DNA from: Chromera velia
Lineage: Eukaryota
DNA length: 57,439 bases
Direction: 5' to 3'
Assembly: GCA_018398765.1 (NCBI GenBank)
Contig: JAHBMJ010000093.1
Span: 1 to 57,439, forward strand
The first letter of the stretch is position 1. Each line of letters begins with the position of its first letter. A program made the position numbers and the translations under genes. Under the pieces are notes generated by a model. The model saw nothing but the letters and a program-made list of their open reading frames with translations, searched no databases and was not told where the DNA came from. Below are positions 1-12,726 of this stretch, one piece after another.

Positions 1-325
1 GAAAGCATTGAGGCAGACAGAAAGACTGAAATTTGGAGGGCAGTCAGGCAGGCAAGAAGGCCAAAATCGGAAAGCAGTCAGCATGGCAGGAATGCAAAAC
101 TCTGAAAGGCAGTCAGGCAGGGAAGAAGGCCGAAATTGGGAAGGCAATCGGGCAGGCAGGAAGACCAAAATTGGGAGCACGGCGAAGGCCAAAATTAGGA
201 AGGCAATAGGGCAGGCGGAAAGGCTAAAATTGGGAAGGCATTTAGCCAGACAGAAAGGCCGAAAGCTGGAGGGCAGTCAAGCAGGCAAGAAGGGCGAAAT
301 TTCGGAGGCAGTCAGGCAGGTAGAA
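1..325. repeat. Degenerate ~35-bp tandem repeat (core GGCAGTCAGGCAGGCAAGAAGGCCAAAAT)
   Basis: Repeated GGCAGTCAGGCAGG...GAAGGCCRAAAT units; this explains the low-complexity 8..565 ORF. Confidence 0.75.
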
Positions 326-681
326 AAAAACACAGGCTCGGCACGTAAGGGCGCTACCCCCTTTCGCAGTCTGAAGACTGCGGCCTTAATAAAAATGCAA
401 AGACCTACCTCTGGAGGAGTTGAGGAAGGACTGGCTAAAACAAGCATCTTCTGGAGGAGACCCACGACCTGCAAAGAGCAGAGGAGGGGGGCAGGGGTGA
501 ACAACACACACAAAGGGAGATGGCAGTTTTGTGTCTTGCCGAGGGCAGACCGGTCAGTCATTTAGAAACCATAATGGCTAGGTTGTAGCCATACAAGAAC
601 ACTCATAGACATCGTACAAAGCCTTCTGCATACACCAAGAAGGCTCATCTCTGCAAACAAGATTTTTTCAATTCCCTTACT

Positions 682-896
682 GGGAGGGGGGGGTGGACCC
701 TCTCGCAGGGGTACGAAGCTGGCCAATTTGGTACCCCTGGTGGAGGGGGAGAGTCCGACCTGCTCTGCAGGTTTGCGTCCAAAATGTGTTTAGGAGTGTT
801 TCCTAAACACATTTTGAACGCAAACCTGCAGAGCAGGTTCCACCAGGGGTACGAAATTGGCCAGCTTCGTACCCCTGCGAGAGGGTCCACCCTCCC
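682..896. repeat. Long near-perfect inverted repeat (fold-back, MITE-like)
   Basis: The left arm ~682-795 is the reverse complement of the right arm 801-896 around a 5-nt loop (GTGTT), with about two mismatches, a ~13-nt bulge and a longer G run on the left arm. Confidence 0.92.
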
Positions 897-3369
897 TTGT
901 TGCTGGTGGAACAACACAAAACGAACTGACCTGATTGAGCGATCCAAACTGGTACAGCAACCCTTCTAGTTGTTGTACAACTCCTTTACACCGAGGCAAC
1001 CACTCCTACGAGCAACCAGAGGTGTCCAGCCAACACAGATACCGGAGAGGGAAAAAACTCCGGAATCTGTAACCCCTCCAAAAATGAGGTTCTGGAATAA
1101 AAAGCTAAACACGATTTTGTCGTTGTCAAGCCTTCCAATACAATCCAATGGAATGCTTGACAATGAGATTTTGTGGATAGAGGCCCATTCTGTTGACCCG
1201 ACTTTCTGAGTGGAGGAGAACTTTCTGAAGACCTGACTGAGAATTTTTCAGATCGGCATTTTGATGCATGGGTCAGCGCGCAGCCGGGAAGTGCTTTTTG
1301 GCCTTGGTGGCCGGCCGGGCCCTGGCCCGCAATGCGTAGCTTGCCTTCCGGGGCTATCACATGGTTGGCCGATCTAAAATCAGCTCCCAAAATCGGCTTT
1401 CCGTCGAATGTTTCAAGTCGATCAGAGCACGACCTAGTGCCGCCTCTCTCTCATCACACAGACTTGCTCTCCAGCAATGAAAGTAGGCTTTATCGAAAGC
1501 CCAGAGGATTGGCTTCTTTGCTTTTTCTTGGGTTTTAAATTATGATATTCACTCTACTGGTTGCCCTGAGAGGGCAATTTCGATCTTCCATCACGAAGGG
1601 CATGGCCCGTCTCCACGCAAAAGGGCCTACAAAGTTGCCCCAGTAAAGCTTCTATTGAATCTCTTCCATGCGTACGCTCTAACAAGCTCTAGATGAGGAG
1701 CTGGAAAGGCTTTTTGGATGAGGGGGCCAGCTCTGGGTGGCCAGAAGGTGAGCCACTTTACAAATTTTTGTATATCTGTGCTGCAGGTCAGACTGAGCCT
1801 TTCTCAGAGGACCGTTTGTCAGTGCTTGGGTTTTGTGAGGAAGCATTACGGCTGGTAATCTCGGGTGATCTGAAGTTGTGGGAGTGAGGCACAGCTCTTG
1901 TTTGCATGAGAATTTGGAGGTAGGGCTCCTGGGTGGACTAAGACCCAGTGGCCAGTGCCGGGCCTCACCCAGAAAAAACAAGAACGCTATGATGGCTGGT
2001 CGTGGGCAAGGCCCTCTGGCTAGAGGCCATGGATCGATCAGGCTTTCAGAAGCTAAGCATTTGCCTCTTGTACGGTCATAGTGCTCAACATTTGTTTAGT
2101 TGAACTGCTTTCTGTGGGTGTCAAATTAGCAGATCTGTTTGCGGACATTCATTCTTAGTACCTTTCATGAGGGTTATCCACTGTGTGCTCCCTCCTTACA
2201 TCAGTGTGCGGATTCGGCGTATTCCATTAAAAGTAAAAGTTAGCTTATTTGTGCATTACACTGCGCATTGTTAGATGCCTGCAGAGTCTGCAATTACTCT
2301 CTGACATATCAACATACTATAACTCTTTCATCTCACTCACGTCCAACAATTTCTAACATACATACCATAAACCCATTAAACCTTATCTTTAAAAGTTGTT
2401 CATACTTTTATGCAAGTAAGAAACAATAAATAGAATCATTCTAAGTGCTTTAAAGACTTAGATTTTTATATAAAATTTAGTGTGTTATATAGAAAATTAA
2501 AAGTCACTTTCTAGTATAAAAGTTTCAATTTTCAGTACAGTCAGTTTAAGTCTGTTATGTGTATTGTCGTGAAGAAAGGAAATAGATGGCGCCCTTTCAG
2601 GGTACATCCCTCTCAAGTCTCTCTTGTATCTATGCGTGGCTTCTCCTAGAGTACATAGATTGGGGGGTGGGAAGCAGAAAAGGGAAATGAGGGGGCAGAC
2701 ACCTGGTCTGATTTTTTAATGGATGATGGAGAGAGGTCAGTGGTGGGTGATGGGCCTGCACATTTCTCTTCCTCTTTCGATTCCACGATTTTTCATGTAG
2801 ACGTCCCTCGAGCGGCAGTTCAGCGGCTTGGGCAACAGCATGTTGGCAGGGGTAGTGCCCAGTCAGTAGGGCTCTTTTCGTCTCTCTCCAGTTTAAATGA
2901 CACAGGTCTACAGCCTCGGACCACTAATCCGGGTTTGTCAGTCCAGCGTTGGGGGGGGGAAGGAGAGGAGAAAGAAGCACGAGAATCGATGGTCTCTGCC
3001 GGTAAGCCAGCAGAAGTAGAGGAGGAAGAGATCTCTGTCGCTGAGGATGGGGTCTAGATTGGAAGAGATTTTGGTTTGGAAGAACAGGAGGCAGATAGAG
3101 TGCAAGCTGCACAGGAGGTAGACCCGGTGCAGGGAGCACACTGTCAGGAGGTAGGTGGAGAGGATGAGGCGGAAAAGATAAAGGAAAGAATTGCTGAGCT
3201 TCAGAGCAAACTTCAGCAACTGATTAAGGAAAAGGAGAAAAGGAGACGGCCGTTGCCTCGAGTTGTCGAGGTGGATCCAGAGGTGATCGAAAGGATAAGA
3301 AATCATGTGAATCCAAGAAAGGGGCCTAGAAAGGGGCATATAGATGCCAGCAAGGAAGAGGTGAAAGAA

Positions 3370-4863
3370 GGCAGTCATTCATCAGCCATGTTGAAGGAAC
3401 TTCAGAGCTTTGTTGATAAGCAGGTGTTCAGGAGAGGCAGGCGAATGCCGAGAAAGAAAAAGGTAATCAAGACACGATGGGTCTTGACGTGGAAGCTAAA
3501 GGAAGGAAAGAGGGTGGCAAAAGCCAAGTTGGTTGCAAAAGGATTCCAAGATGACAGAAAAGACTTGGAAACATACAGTGGAACTGCTAACTGGTAGTCT
3601 TTGCTTCTTATTTTGTCTTTTGCTTCTACTCGTCAATGGAACTGCGTGAAGTCAGATGTGAGGACTGCATTTCTTACAGCAGAAATGAATGATGAAGTTT
3701 TTGTGCAGCTTCCTGCAGAGATGCCTGAAGGTGCGCCTAATGGCCTCAAGGCAGGTGAAGTGCTTTCTCTTTCGCGTGCAATGTATGTTCTTGCAGATGC
3801 CCCTCGCCTCTATACGAGGCATTTCAAACGAATAGCAAAGGAAGAGGGGTGGGAGGAAGTGATTGAGAGCATTTTTGTGAAGGAAGAAAAGGGAGGGGAA
3901 ATTGAAGGGGTGATGATCATACATATTGATGATCTTCTTATTTTCTCTTCTGACCCTATGTCTCTCTTCTCCCCTCTGCAATCCTGATTGAAAATGGACG
4001 AGCCTGAGTTGCTTAAAGAAGGAGGAAAGATGACTTACATTGGCATGACACTGAGCAGAACAAAGGAAGGATACGAAATCGGACAAAAGGAGTATCTTAA
4101 TGCGATCAATGTTGATGAGGGTAAGCTGAAAGGAGGAAGGTTAAACGGAAGTCTGATCGACCCGCCAGAAGATTCTGAGAAGAAGAGATTCGAAAAGACT
4201 ACGTGCCTCTCATGCAGAAATATATGGGAGTTGTTGGATGGGTTGCTCACACAATTCTGTCAATCTCTTTCTTGTTCGGCGAATTGTCTCACTGGTCTCT
4301 CAAGCCTTCTGCAGAAAAAGTGGAGGGAGCAGTTCGCTTGTTGATGCATGCAAAAAGCATTGAGGCGCCTTTACGTTTCACTGCTTATAAGAATCCAAAG
4401 TTATGCATTTTCTATGATAGATTGTATACACTTCATAAATGTGAAGGAAGGGTTGGAATGGAAGCATTCATTGTGAATGAAGAAAAAAAGGTTCCTGATG
4501 TAAAAGAGTCAAACCTCTTTGCATGGAAGAGCAAAAAGTTGACTAGAAGGTTGATTTCGAGTACTTCGTCTGAATTGTATGCTCTTTTAGATTTGGTGAA
4601 GAAAGCCTTTGCGTAAAAGAAATTAGCAGAGAGGCTTTGGAAAAAAGAAAGTGCAAGTTGAGTTCGTGACGGACTCTGGTCCGCTCATGAAGCAGCTCGA
4701 GACAGGTTATGCTCAGGCAAAACCTCGTCTGGACGGTCTTTTGAAGTATGTCAGACAGGAGCCGCGTGCACTGCGTGCAAAAGTCTTTTGGGTGTCAACC
4801 GACAAGATGCGTGCAGACAGGCAAACAAAGCTCAAGCTTCAGAAGGATAAAGGAACTGAATGA
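3370..4863 (+). pseudogene. Ty1/copia retrotransposon pol remnant (reverse transcriptase then RNase H), disrupted
   Basis: Copia RT motifs KTRWVLTWK...KAKLVAKGFQ, DVRTAFL, LSRAMYVLADAPR and IHIDDLL; RNase H-like AWKSKKLTRRLISSTSSELYAL and FVTDS. Stops at 3595-3597, 3985-3987 and 4614-4616, and a frameshift near 4200. Confidence 0.92.
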
Positions 4864-4898
4864 GTGCCTAAACAGAAGAAGATGGTTGAGAAGGAGGG

Positions 4899-5125
4899 TG
4901 CTCGATTGAAGTCTCTCGATTTTTCTATGAAGAAAGAAAGGATTACGTTTATGCGTGCCTCCTGAATGGTTCCCTCATTGCTTTGGTCAGGGAGTGGTTG
5001 TTGAAGGCCGCATCGCACCGGCCCCACCATGCCATAATATAAGTGAGTGGCGGGCCGCGAGGCGCATCGGATGATCGGTTCAGTGTTGTAAAGTGTTGCT
5101 TGCATATTTCACAATTAATCGAGTA
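4899..5125 (+). mobile_element. Putative 3' LTR of the copia remnant
   Basis: The purine tract GAGAAGGAGGG directly precedes TGCTCGATT. The segment ends AATCGAGTA, the reverse complement of the start with one C>T change. No 5' partner was seen. Confidence 0.5.
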
Positions 5126-7261
5126 ATTGAGAGCATTCAAAATCATGCATAGAGAAACCGATCAATCCAGACAAATCTAATAGGTAAGAGACTCGACTGG
5201 AGCGCTTGGCTCCTTTATGCTGTGATCATAAGCATAGATGAGCCGGAAGGGCGTCTAGGCACCTAACACAAACTTGTGCATGACTGGACTTGGAACCAGA
5301 ACCGGAACTAACCAGAACCCTACATAGCTGACTGATCAACCTTTGTGATCCTCTCCTCGCGGTGCGTGCATGTTGTGGGCAAATTCGATTTGTCAATCTA
5401 GCTACATATAATGAATTCGAACTGAACTCGATCGACTGCGTGTAATGTATACCTGAGAGTGGGTGCGCACTGCGCGCCGACGTATCATGGTGGGTGCGTT
5501 GAAAGGGGGATACAAACAAAAGTTTTTATCTTTTAATCGGGGGCAGGTCGTAAACAGGCTGCCTAAACAGGCTCGGATCGATGTTTTTTCATGTTCCTCT
5601 TTTTGCAACATAACTATGAACTCAGAGAGTCGGGAAATGCACCATACAAGCGTTCACTCTGACAATAATTGCCGTACAGTAACCAGCTTGAATTATACGA
5701 CTCAAGTTAAGTTGAGTTTTGAAAGGAAACGGCGTACGATCAGAGTATATATGCGCAGGCCGTCTTATAGAGAAATTTTTATGTATCGCTTAATTAGTTG
5801 GGCCCGAATAGCAACTGTGTGCGTACGAATCAAAATTGCTGGCCGAGGATTTGGACATTATTTGGACCCATAATGCAAATTTCTACACAGGTGGTACCTA
5901 TGCAGTCAGATCCAGACGCGAGTGTAGTATAGTAAGATATAGACGACTTCTCATACGTGTATTCCCTCTTTACATTCTATCTCCTTCTTCAGTAAGCCAA
6001 TCAGTCCAGAGACCGCAAGGCATAAGATCTTAGAGCTCGTCTTTCTGTTAATTCTCCACATGCATTCGGTTCTGAGCCTCCAAACCTGCGCCGTTGACTT
6101 TATGCAATGGTTCACATCTCTTGCTCGAACTCGAGTCTTCCAAAGCGTCACGAGCTTTCCTCCAAGCCATCAGTTTTTGTCAAAGCGTCAGTCCAGTTTC
6201 ATTTAATGAGGCCTGTAGGGTCGCCTCAGAGTCGTCTGACATCTGCACTGCTTCTGAGCTCGACATACATTGGAAAATAAGTGTAACTGGATCGCGCCTA
6301 GTCATATGTTTCGGGTTTCGCACCCCTTTAGGTCTAGTGAGAGAAAAGTCTACTCATTTGCCTTCGCAATAAGGAAGCAATGCAAGCCCAAAGAAAAACT
6401 TATATCCGTTGTCATCGTCAGTGCCACCCATCCGAATCAGCATTCATTGGAGGTTTGCCAGGAATAAACCTTGTCTGTCGTGTTCTATCCATTTTCTCTT
6501 CGAAGAAAAAAGCTTTACCGTGAAGAACAAGGGGTTCACTACAGTACGTTATCCTTCTGAATCATCCATTCACATATACATGGTCACAAAACGCTCTTCC
6601 GAATCGTACAGAAGCAAGAGGTTTCATATATGAAAATGATTTTTTTCTTGCGGTCAGTCTGTTGGGGGCATGACATGAAGGACTCCCTTTTCAGGAGAGT
6701 CACTTCTTAGGCGCATCATTACCAAAAAAGAGGTTCCATATGGGTGGCACTGCAAGAAACGGGATCTTCTGAAGACGCTGGCTGGCTTCTAAGTATACTT
6801 TGTTCCACTTGTCAATGATTGACAAGAAATTTGTCACACTGCGGTGAGCGTGCTTTTCCTCTATCTTCATGTTTGTCACACGGTTTTTTCCTTTCTCGGA
6901 TTCGAGTTGGTAATCTTATCTTTCCGTCGAGAGATCCGACTCCTCCTTGAGATGGTTCAGGCATATCTTCTTCCGCGAGTCGATATACTTTTCTATGTAC
7001 TCTTTCTTGTTAGAGTTATCAGCAAGCTTACACTTCAAATCCTCCTTGAGATGAGCAGTTTCAGCACGCACAGCCACTCCCAAGGCTTTCATGAGCATCC
7101 TGTTCGCTTCTGTTTTTGTATCAGCGTTTCGTGCATTGATGTGTTGACTGTTTAGGATGCTTGAATGTATTGTGCGCTCTGGGCGAGTCACTTTGAAAAA
7201 TAACGTTTTGTTAAATATGAGTTTTACGTGTGCTAGGTTACAAGTGATTCAATATATGAAT

Positions 7262-7724
7262 TGCTATGTGCTACTTAAGCACAGCTAGAAAGAAAACAGA
7301 AATTAAATGAATTGATTGTGGTTTAAAGTAACACTGAGCGAAAGAGAATCGTGCGCATCACTCGCCTTCATAACCTAATGGTTAGCATACAACACTAACA
7401 AGCAAGAGGTCATAGGTTCAAGCCTCGCTACCTCCTTTTTAAGAATCAAAGAAAGAAGGTGCTGGACGTTAACGTCTTGTATCATACAGATATTAGCGTG
7501 TCACACTTCGATCGAAATCATATGAAAGACTTCCGAAAGACTTTCTGGAAGACTACAATGAAATCAGATCGATCACCGAATCACAAGAAAGCTCCATGCT
7601 CCTGACACTGATCGAGTTTGTCACTGGAGATCAACCTGAACCACTCTAGCGACATCAAGCCCTGAAGACCCTTGAACCTCTGTAAGCACTCACCAGCGCC
7701 AACCCCTCTAAGTAGACCTAAACA
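7262..7724 (+). repeat. 5' LTR (463 bp)
   Basis: Starts TGCTAT and ends TAAACA; about 30 substitutions and no indels versus 17985-18447 (hand alignment). Confidence 0.92.
7364..7440 (+). ncRNA. tRNA-derived Pol III-like cassette in the 5' LTR (not an intact tRNA)
   Basis: A-box-like TAACCTAATGGTTAG, anticodon-loop-like CTAACAA (AAC), AGGTC variable region, B-box GGTTCAAGCC, then T5. The acceptor stem does not pair. Confidence 0.7.
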
Positions 7725-8118
7725 CGTGATGACGCCTAGCTCGAAATCAACAAGATTAAAGAGCTGAGCAAACGGAGACCAACCTTTTCTGCCGAACAAC
7801 AACTATTTTACAAGCAACGCAGACCACCTTCTTTGTCCAGAGAAGGTTTAAACAGAGGAAACCAGAACGCTATGATCCTCTACATGCATACTTTAGGAGC
7901 CCATACCTGCGAGCCATCAACTCAAACCTCAACTTGTACGCCCTTAACTTGGCGGTCCCTTTGGTATCCTGTACCTGCAAAGAGAAGAAGCAGGACCACA
8001 TCGTAAAGCGCTGCTGGAATTTTTGATGGAACCCCACTTTCTGTCCTCTGCCATAAATCGATATCAAACAGGACCATACCGCGAAGCGCTACTAAAATTT
8101 CTGACTGTACCGCCTTTT

Positions 8119-8490
8119 CCTGCCTTTTTTACGAATTTCACGCATTGTATCTGACAGTGAATTTGACTTCTCTTCGTTTCTCTGTGAATAGCGAAGCCCT
8201 GCCCTTTTTGCGAATTTCACGCATTCTATCTGATAGTGAATTTGACTTTTTCTCGTTTCTCTGTAAACAGCGAAGCCCTGCCCTTTTTATGAATTTCACG
8301 CATTCTACCTGACAGTGAATTTGACTTCTCCTCGTTTCTCTATGAACGGCGAAGCCCTGCTCTTTTTACGAATTTCATATATTCTACCTGATAGTGAATT
8401 TGACCTCTGTTCGTTTCTCTATAAACGGCAAAGCCCTGGCCTTTTTGTGAATTTTACGTATTCTACCTAACGGTAAATTTCACTTATCTT
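8119..8490. repeat. 79-bp tandem repeat, ~4.6 copies
   Basis: The GAATTT(C/T)A anchor recurs at 8133, 8212, 8291, 8370 and 8449, an exact 79-bp period. Confidence 0.93.
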
Positions 8491-9974
8491 TATCCTTCTG
8501 CAAAAGGCAAAACACATTACGAAGCGTTTGTGCGTTTTATGACTTAGACTTTTCTGCTAAGCAAAAAAAAAATTCGATTACTTCGATCCCTGTGTGACTT
8601 ACTTTTTTTGCTTGCCGTCTTCGTGTATACGAGCAGTCTACCTGCACATACAAGACAAATACAAGTAACTCTTTCTTCATTCGAATTTGGATTGCTTCTC
8701 TTTCTTTCCTTTTATGAAGGAGATCTTTCTGCAAATCAGGCCATCTTTCCCCTCAGCAAGTTTGGAATTTCACTCTGTTACACAAATCTTTCCTTCATAA
8801 CTAAACAAACCCTTTTGTCTTTCTTCGAATTCGGATTCTCCCTTCTCTTTTCGCTCTTCAACGGAACTCTACCTCTTTCATACACTTTATCAAGTCATTT
8901 TTTCTCTCTGTAAGTTCGTAATTTTCAACTTCTTTTACTTATATCACGAGATTTTGACAGAAATCAGCAGCGAAACAGAAAACTCTATCTAACCGAAATA
9001 CAAAAATAATCCCCCAAACCCATCCGACACAAATTTTTAAAAAGAACGACTGACCAGGCAAACCCTGAAAAAATCACAGCCAGAACAAGAAAGATCCTTC
9101 GAGTAATTTTGCCTGGAGAACTTCCAGAATTGCACATAACAGAAAGGGAAGAACGAGCGAGACTCATCGTGAACGAAATTTTGCAGAGGAACACAGAATT
9201 TATTGAGGACCAGCAAAATCTGAGAATCTTCCTTTTGGATCAGTATCCATACATAGTCGTCGCTCATAATTGCCAGTCAGACAAAGTCATCAAGGCACTA
9301 AATCTTGACATCACACGTCAGCTGAGATTTATCGACAGTAACCGCCAACTTCTCCCTATATACATTCCTAAAAAAAATTTTTTTAAAATAGTCTCCAACA
9401 CCCAAACGGTTTCCAAAATTATGAAGTATCTACATATTTTCTAGAGCATTTTAAAACAATTTCTAATGATATTAAACATTGTTTTGTTGTTTAAACTGCA
9501 TTTATAATAAGCTCAACTATCAGAATGTATAGCAGAATTAATAATAATAATACCTAGGATTATATATATTATAATATAACTATATATTCATGTACGTACA
9601 CACATATGAATAAGATACGGAAAATTTATAATACTATAACTGATTCTTAAATTTGGTCTAATTCATGTTTAAATTTGCTTTAAATAAATGAAAACAGTTA
9701 AGGAAATGAAAACATTAAAGTAATTTACAGGCATAAAACGGTGAGTAGTTGTTTATATAAATAAACATTCATAAGATACCATCTAGGATGGATGTAGGTG
9801 CACCTTCACCTGCCAGTGTGTACCGCTCCAAAAGTTAGCACCAAAACCTACAGCATCTTTCGCACCGCATATCCAATGACTTGCTGCCAATAACTTGCTA
9901 AACTTGAAGCAATTGTTGTGCACGACGCAGTAGAAATCCACTCTAGCTTCAATCATGAAACAGAATATGCACAC

Positions 9975-10002
9975 ATCAGTTACACACACACATGGACACA
10001 CA

Positions 10003-10034
<32 letters not shown>

Positions 10035-10043
10035 TACACATAC

Positions 10044-10082
<39 letters not shown>

Positions 10083-10184
10083 ACGAACGTGTGAACCCGC
10101 ACGACCACCTCTGTATTCCTCTGCCTCCTTTTGCCTTTTGCTTTCATCTTGTGCTTAATGTTGCTTGCATGCACACGCATATAC

Positions 10185-10228
<44 letters not shown>

Positions 10229-10440
10229 ACATATACATACATACACACACATACACACAAGGCCTCAGATGCATATCTTCTTGTTTTTCTTCCTTTTTTA
10301 CCATTTTCTATGTTTCATTCACCTCCTTCATACAGCTTTATACGTGTGCACATATATACTTATGCAGGCAAACACACCACACATACACACATACACACAC
10401 ACACACACACAGACAGACAGACAGACAGACAGACAGAGTG
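9975..10440. repeat. Microsatellite cluster (CA)n/(GA)n/(ACAG)n inside the LTR element
   Basis: Directly visible simple repeats of the same types that fill the host introns in this window. Confidence 0.9.
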
Positions 10441-12726
10441 TGTGGTGGTGGTGGGGGAAGGAGAGGAACATGGGCAGAGAAAAAATTTTTTGACCCCCTC
10501 CCCCTTACCAGAAGAATCAGACCTGTTTTTTCCGGTAACTCTCAGGGGGGGGGGTCACGGCACTACCGGAAATTTGGGGCAGGAAAGAGAGTGGAATAAG
10601 GCCAAAAGAGCAGTGCAGCCGCCACCGGCACCCTTCGGGACGCAAGCCAATCTACTTTTCATGTCCCAACTCCTCACTGTTCTCCCCCACTAGCCTCCCA
10701 CCAGATTCTCTGCTCCTTTGCCGCCCACCCCGGCCCACTTGTGATACCGTCAGCCCTGGCCCCAGCCTCGGGCCCCGCCTTGTCCCCTTGTAGTGCGCCG
10801 CCGGCCCCGGCCCCGACCCCGGCTTCCTTTGCCAGTCGTAGATATTTACTGGACCAAAACGTTTCACCGCTCGCTCCAGCTGGCCGCGCCCTATTCGCTC
10901 GGAGTTCTCTGTAACGCCGCTGGCCTTGGTCCCGGCCCCGGGCCCGACCCCCGGGTCCGGCCGCCGCCCCTGCCCATGTCTTTCCCCGGTCTCCGTCGAT
11001 GGACATCGCCCCGAACCAGCGCTCCAGCCTGCTTACCCCCTTGATCTGCCCGCTCTTCCTCATTCCTTTGTCCCCCTTTCTGCTTCGTGTGCATCCAGAC
11101 GTTGGGGCTAGCATTGGGGCCGGGGAAAGCTGTGGCGCGTGCCAGGATAGGGGCCAAGTCGTCTCAAGTACAGAGAAAAGACTGAAACATAGACAGGCAT
11201 GCAGTGAAAGGGAGATAAACAGGGAGCAGAGGGAGCCAACCCCCCCTCTCCTCCCGTTAGCTCTCCCCAGGTTGCCATATTCACTCTCCTCTCTTTCTAA
11301 ATCACGCCTCTTTGATGCCCTCAACTGTTTTTGATTGGCAGGCATGGGTGCAAAACGACGCGACTGACACAGACTGAATGAAAACAAACCGCAATGACTG
11401 ACCCGAGAGAGAGCTATCACACAGGTTTTCAAGCACTGTTCTTGATCAAGCGCCCTCAAAAACAATGGAACCTGCATTCAATCACATCCCCGAAAGGCAA
11501 CAAAGCTAGAAAGGACGGTTGAAAGCGAACATCTGCTCGACAGTGCATCATGCGCTGACCCACATAGAGAGACGGAAATGAACACTCACCAGAAAAAGGA
11601 CGAAAGCAACTTCAGCTCCTGAGCAAAGGTAAGAACGAGTCCCAAATCCTGTATACAGGCATAGAGCAAGAAAAAAATGAAGTTCCAGGCGAGGGTCTGT
11701 GAGGTATTATGCTCCAACATGATGTAACGGCCTGCAAACATTGAAGCAGCCCTCTGGCTCCTCAAGACAGCCCTGTGGGAGTCCCAAATCCTGCCTGCAG
11801 ATAAATATTAAGCAGATAAGGAAGTGTGAGAGTTTGAGCAAAGGTGGGCCAGTACCTGATATGATGTAACGAGTGGCACGACTTGCTCACGTCTGAGAGG
11901 AGACAGAACCTCAAACTCATCAGAAAGAAGATGAAGACAGCCCCCGTTCCCCCAGCAAGGCAAGCAAGAGCTCGAAAGCATGCATTAGGACACGAAGCAG
12001 AATAAGACATCGACCAAAGATTGAGAGCAAGACGATCCTGTCCAATTTTACCCACCTCACCTACTTTACAGAACGAGACGGGGAAATAAACCCATGCCTG
12101 AAAGAAAAGAGACGGCTGAGGTTCCACCAGCCTAAAGTCTACTCCCAATGCAAAGTGTAGAACAGCCCTGACTTCGATAATTTGAAAGTGTAACTTGATC
12201 TAAGAACATTTGAAAACATGAGTGGTGAACAGTAAACACTTTATATGAGCAGTGTGACTATAGTTTACCTTTATCAAATCAGAGCTTATGCTGCATAGCC
12301 CTTCAACTCTACCGCGCGCGTACGTCAAAATCGGATTCTGATCCGATTTTGAATCCCCTCACGTATATGTACAAAAGCTTGCAACGCGCGCGCGGCCGCC
12401 GCGACTATGATATTTGGGGGGCACGCGCGGACGCGACTCTCAGGCTTGCACACGGTCACACGCCGCTCAGACGCAATACATTTTTTTCTATCACTCACTG
12501 ACTATGATTCATATAAAAACGCACTCGCAGAATGCTTAAAACTCTTTGTTTTTCATTTTTAACCACTGTTTACTGTCCAAAAATGCTTGCAGGATAGGGT
12601 TGTTTTGGAGACCGTTTGGGTGTTGGAGACCGTTTTAAAAATTTTTCCCTTTCCTTCCCCCGCTCGCTACATTTGGGTAGACTAAAGGCTTTTCTGTCGA
12701 AAAGAAAAAGGAAAAGAGAACCAAAT

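Noticed and set aside
986..2081. Short ORFs as genes
   Set aside because: No recognisable domain or consistent splice chain; probably decayed repeat DNA.
7364..7435. Functional tRNA-Val gene
   Set aside because: The acceptor and anticodon stems do not pair; kept only as a tRNA-derived cassette.
10720..11160. GC-rich block as rRNA, RNase P/MRP or another structured RNA
   Set aside because: Only short coincidental words (e.g. GCGGTGAAA); no ordered set of conserved motifs was found.
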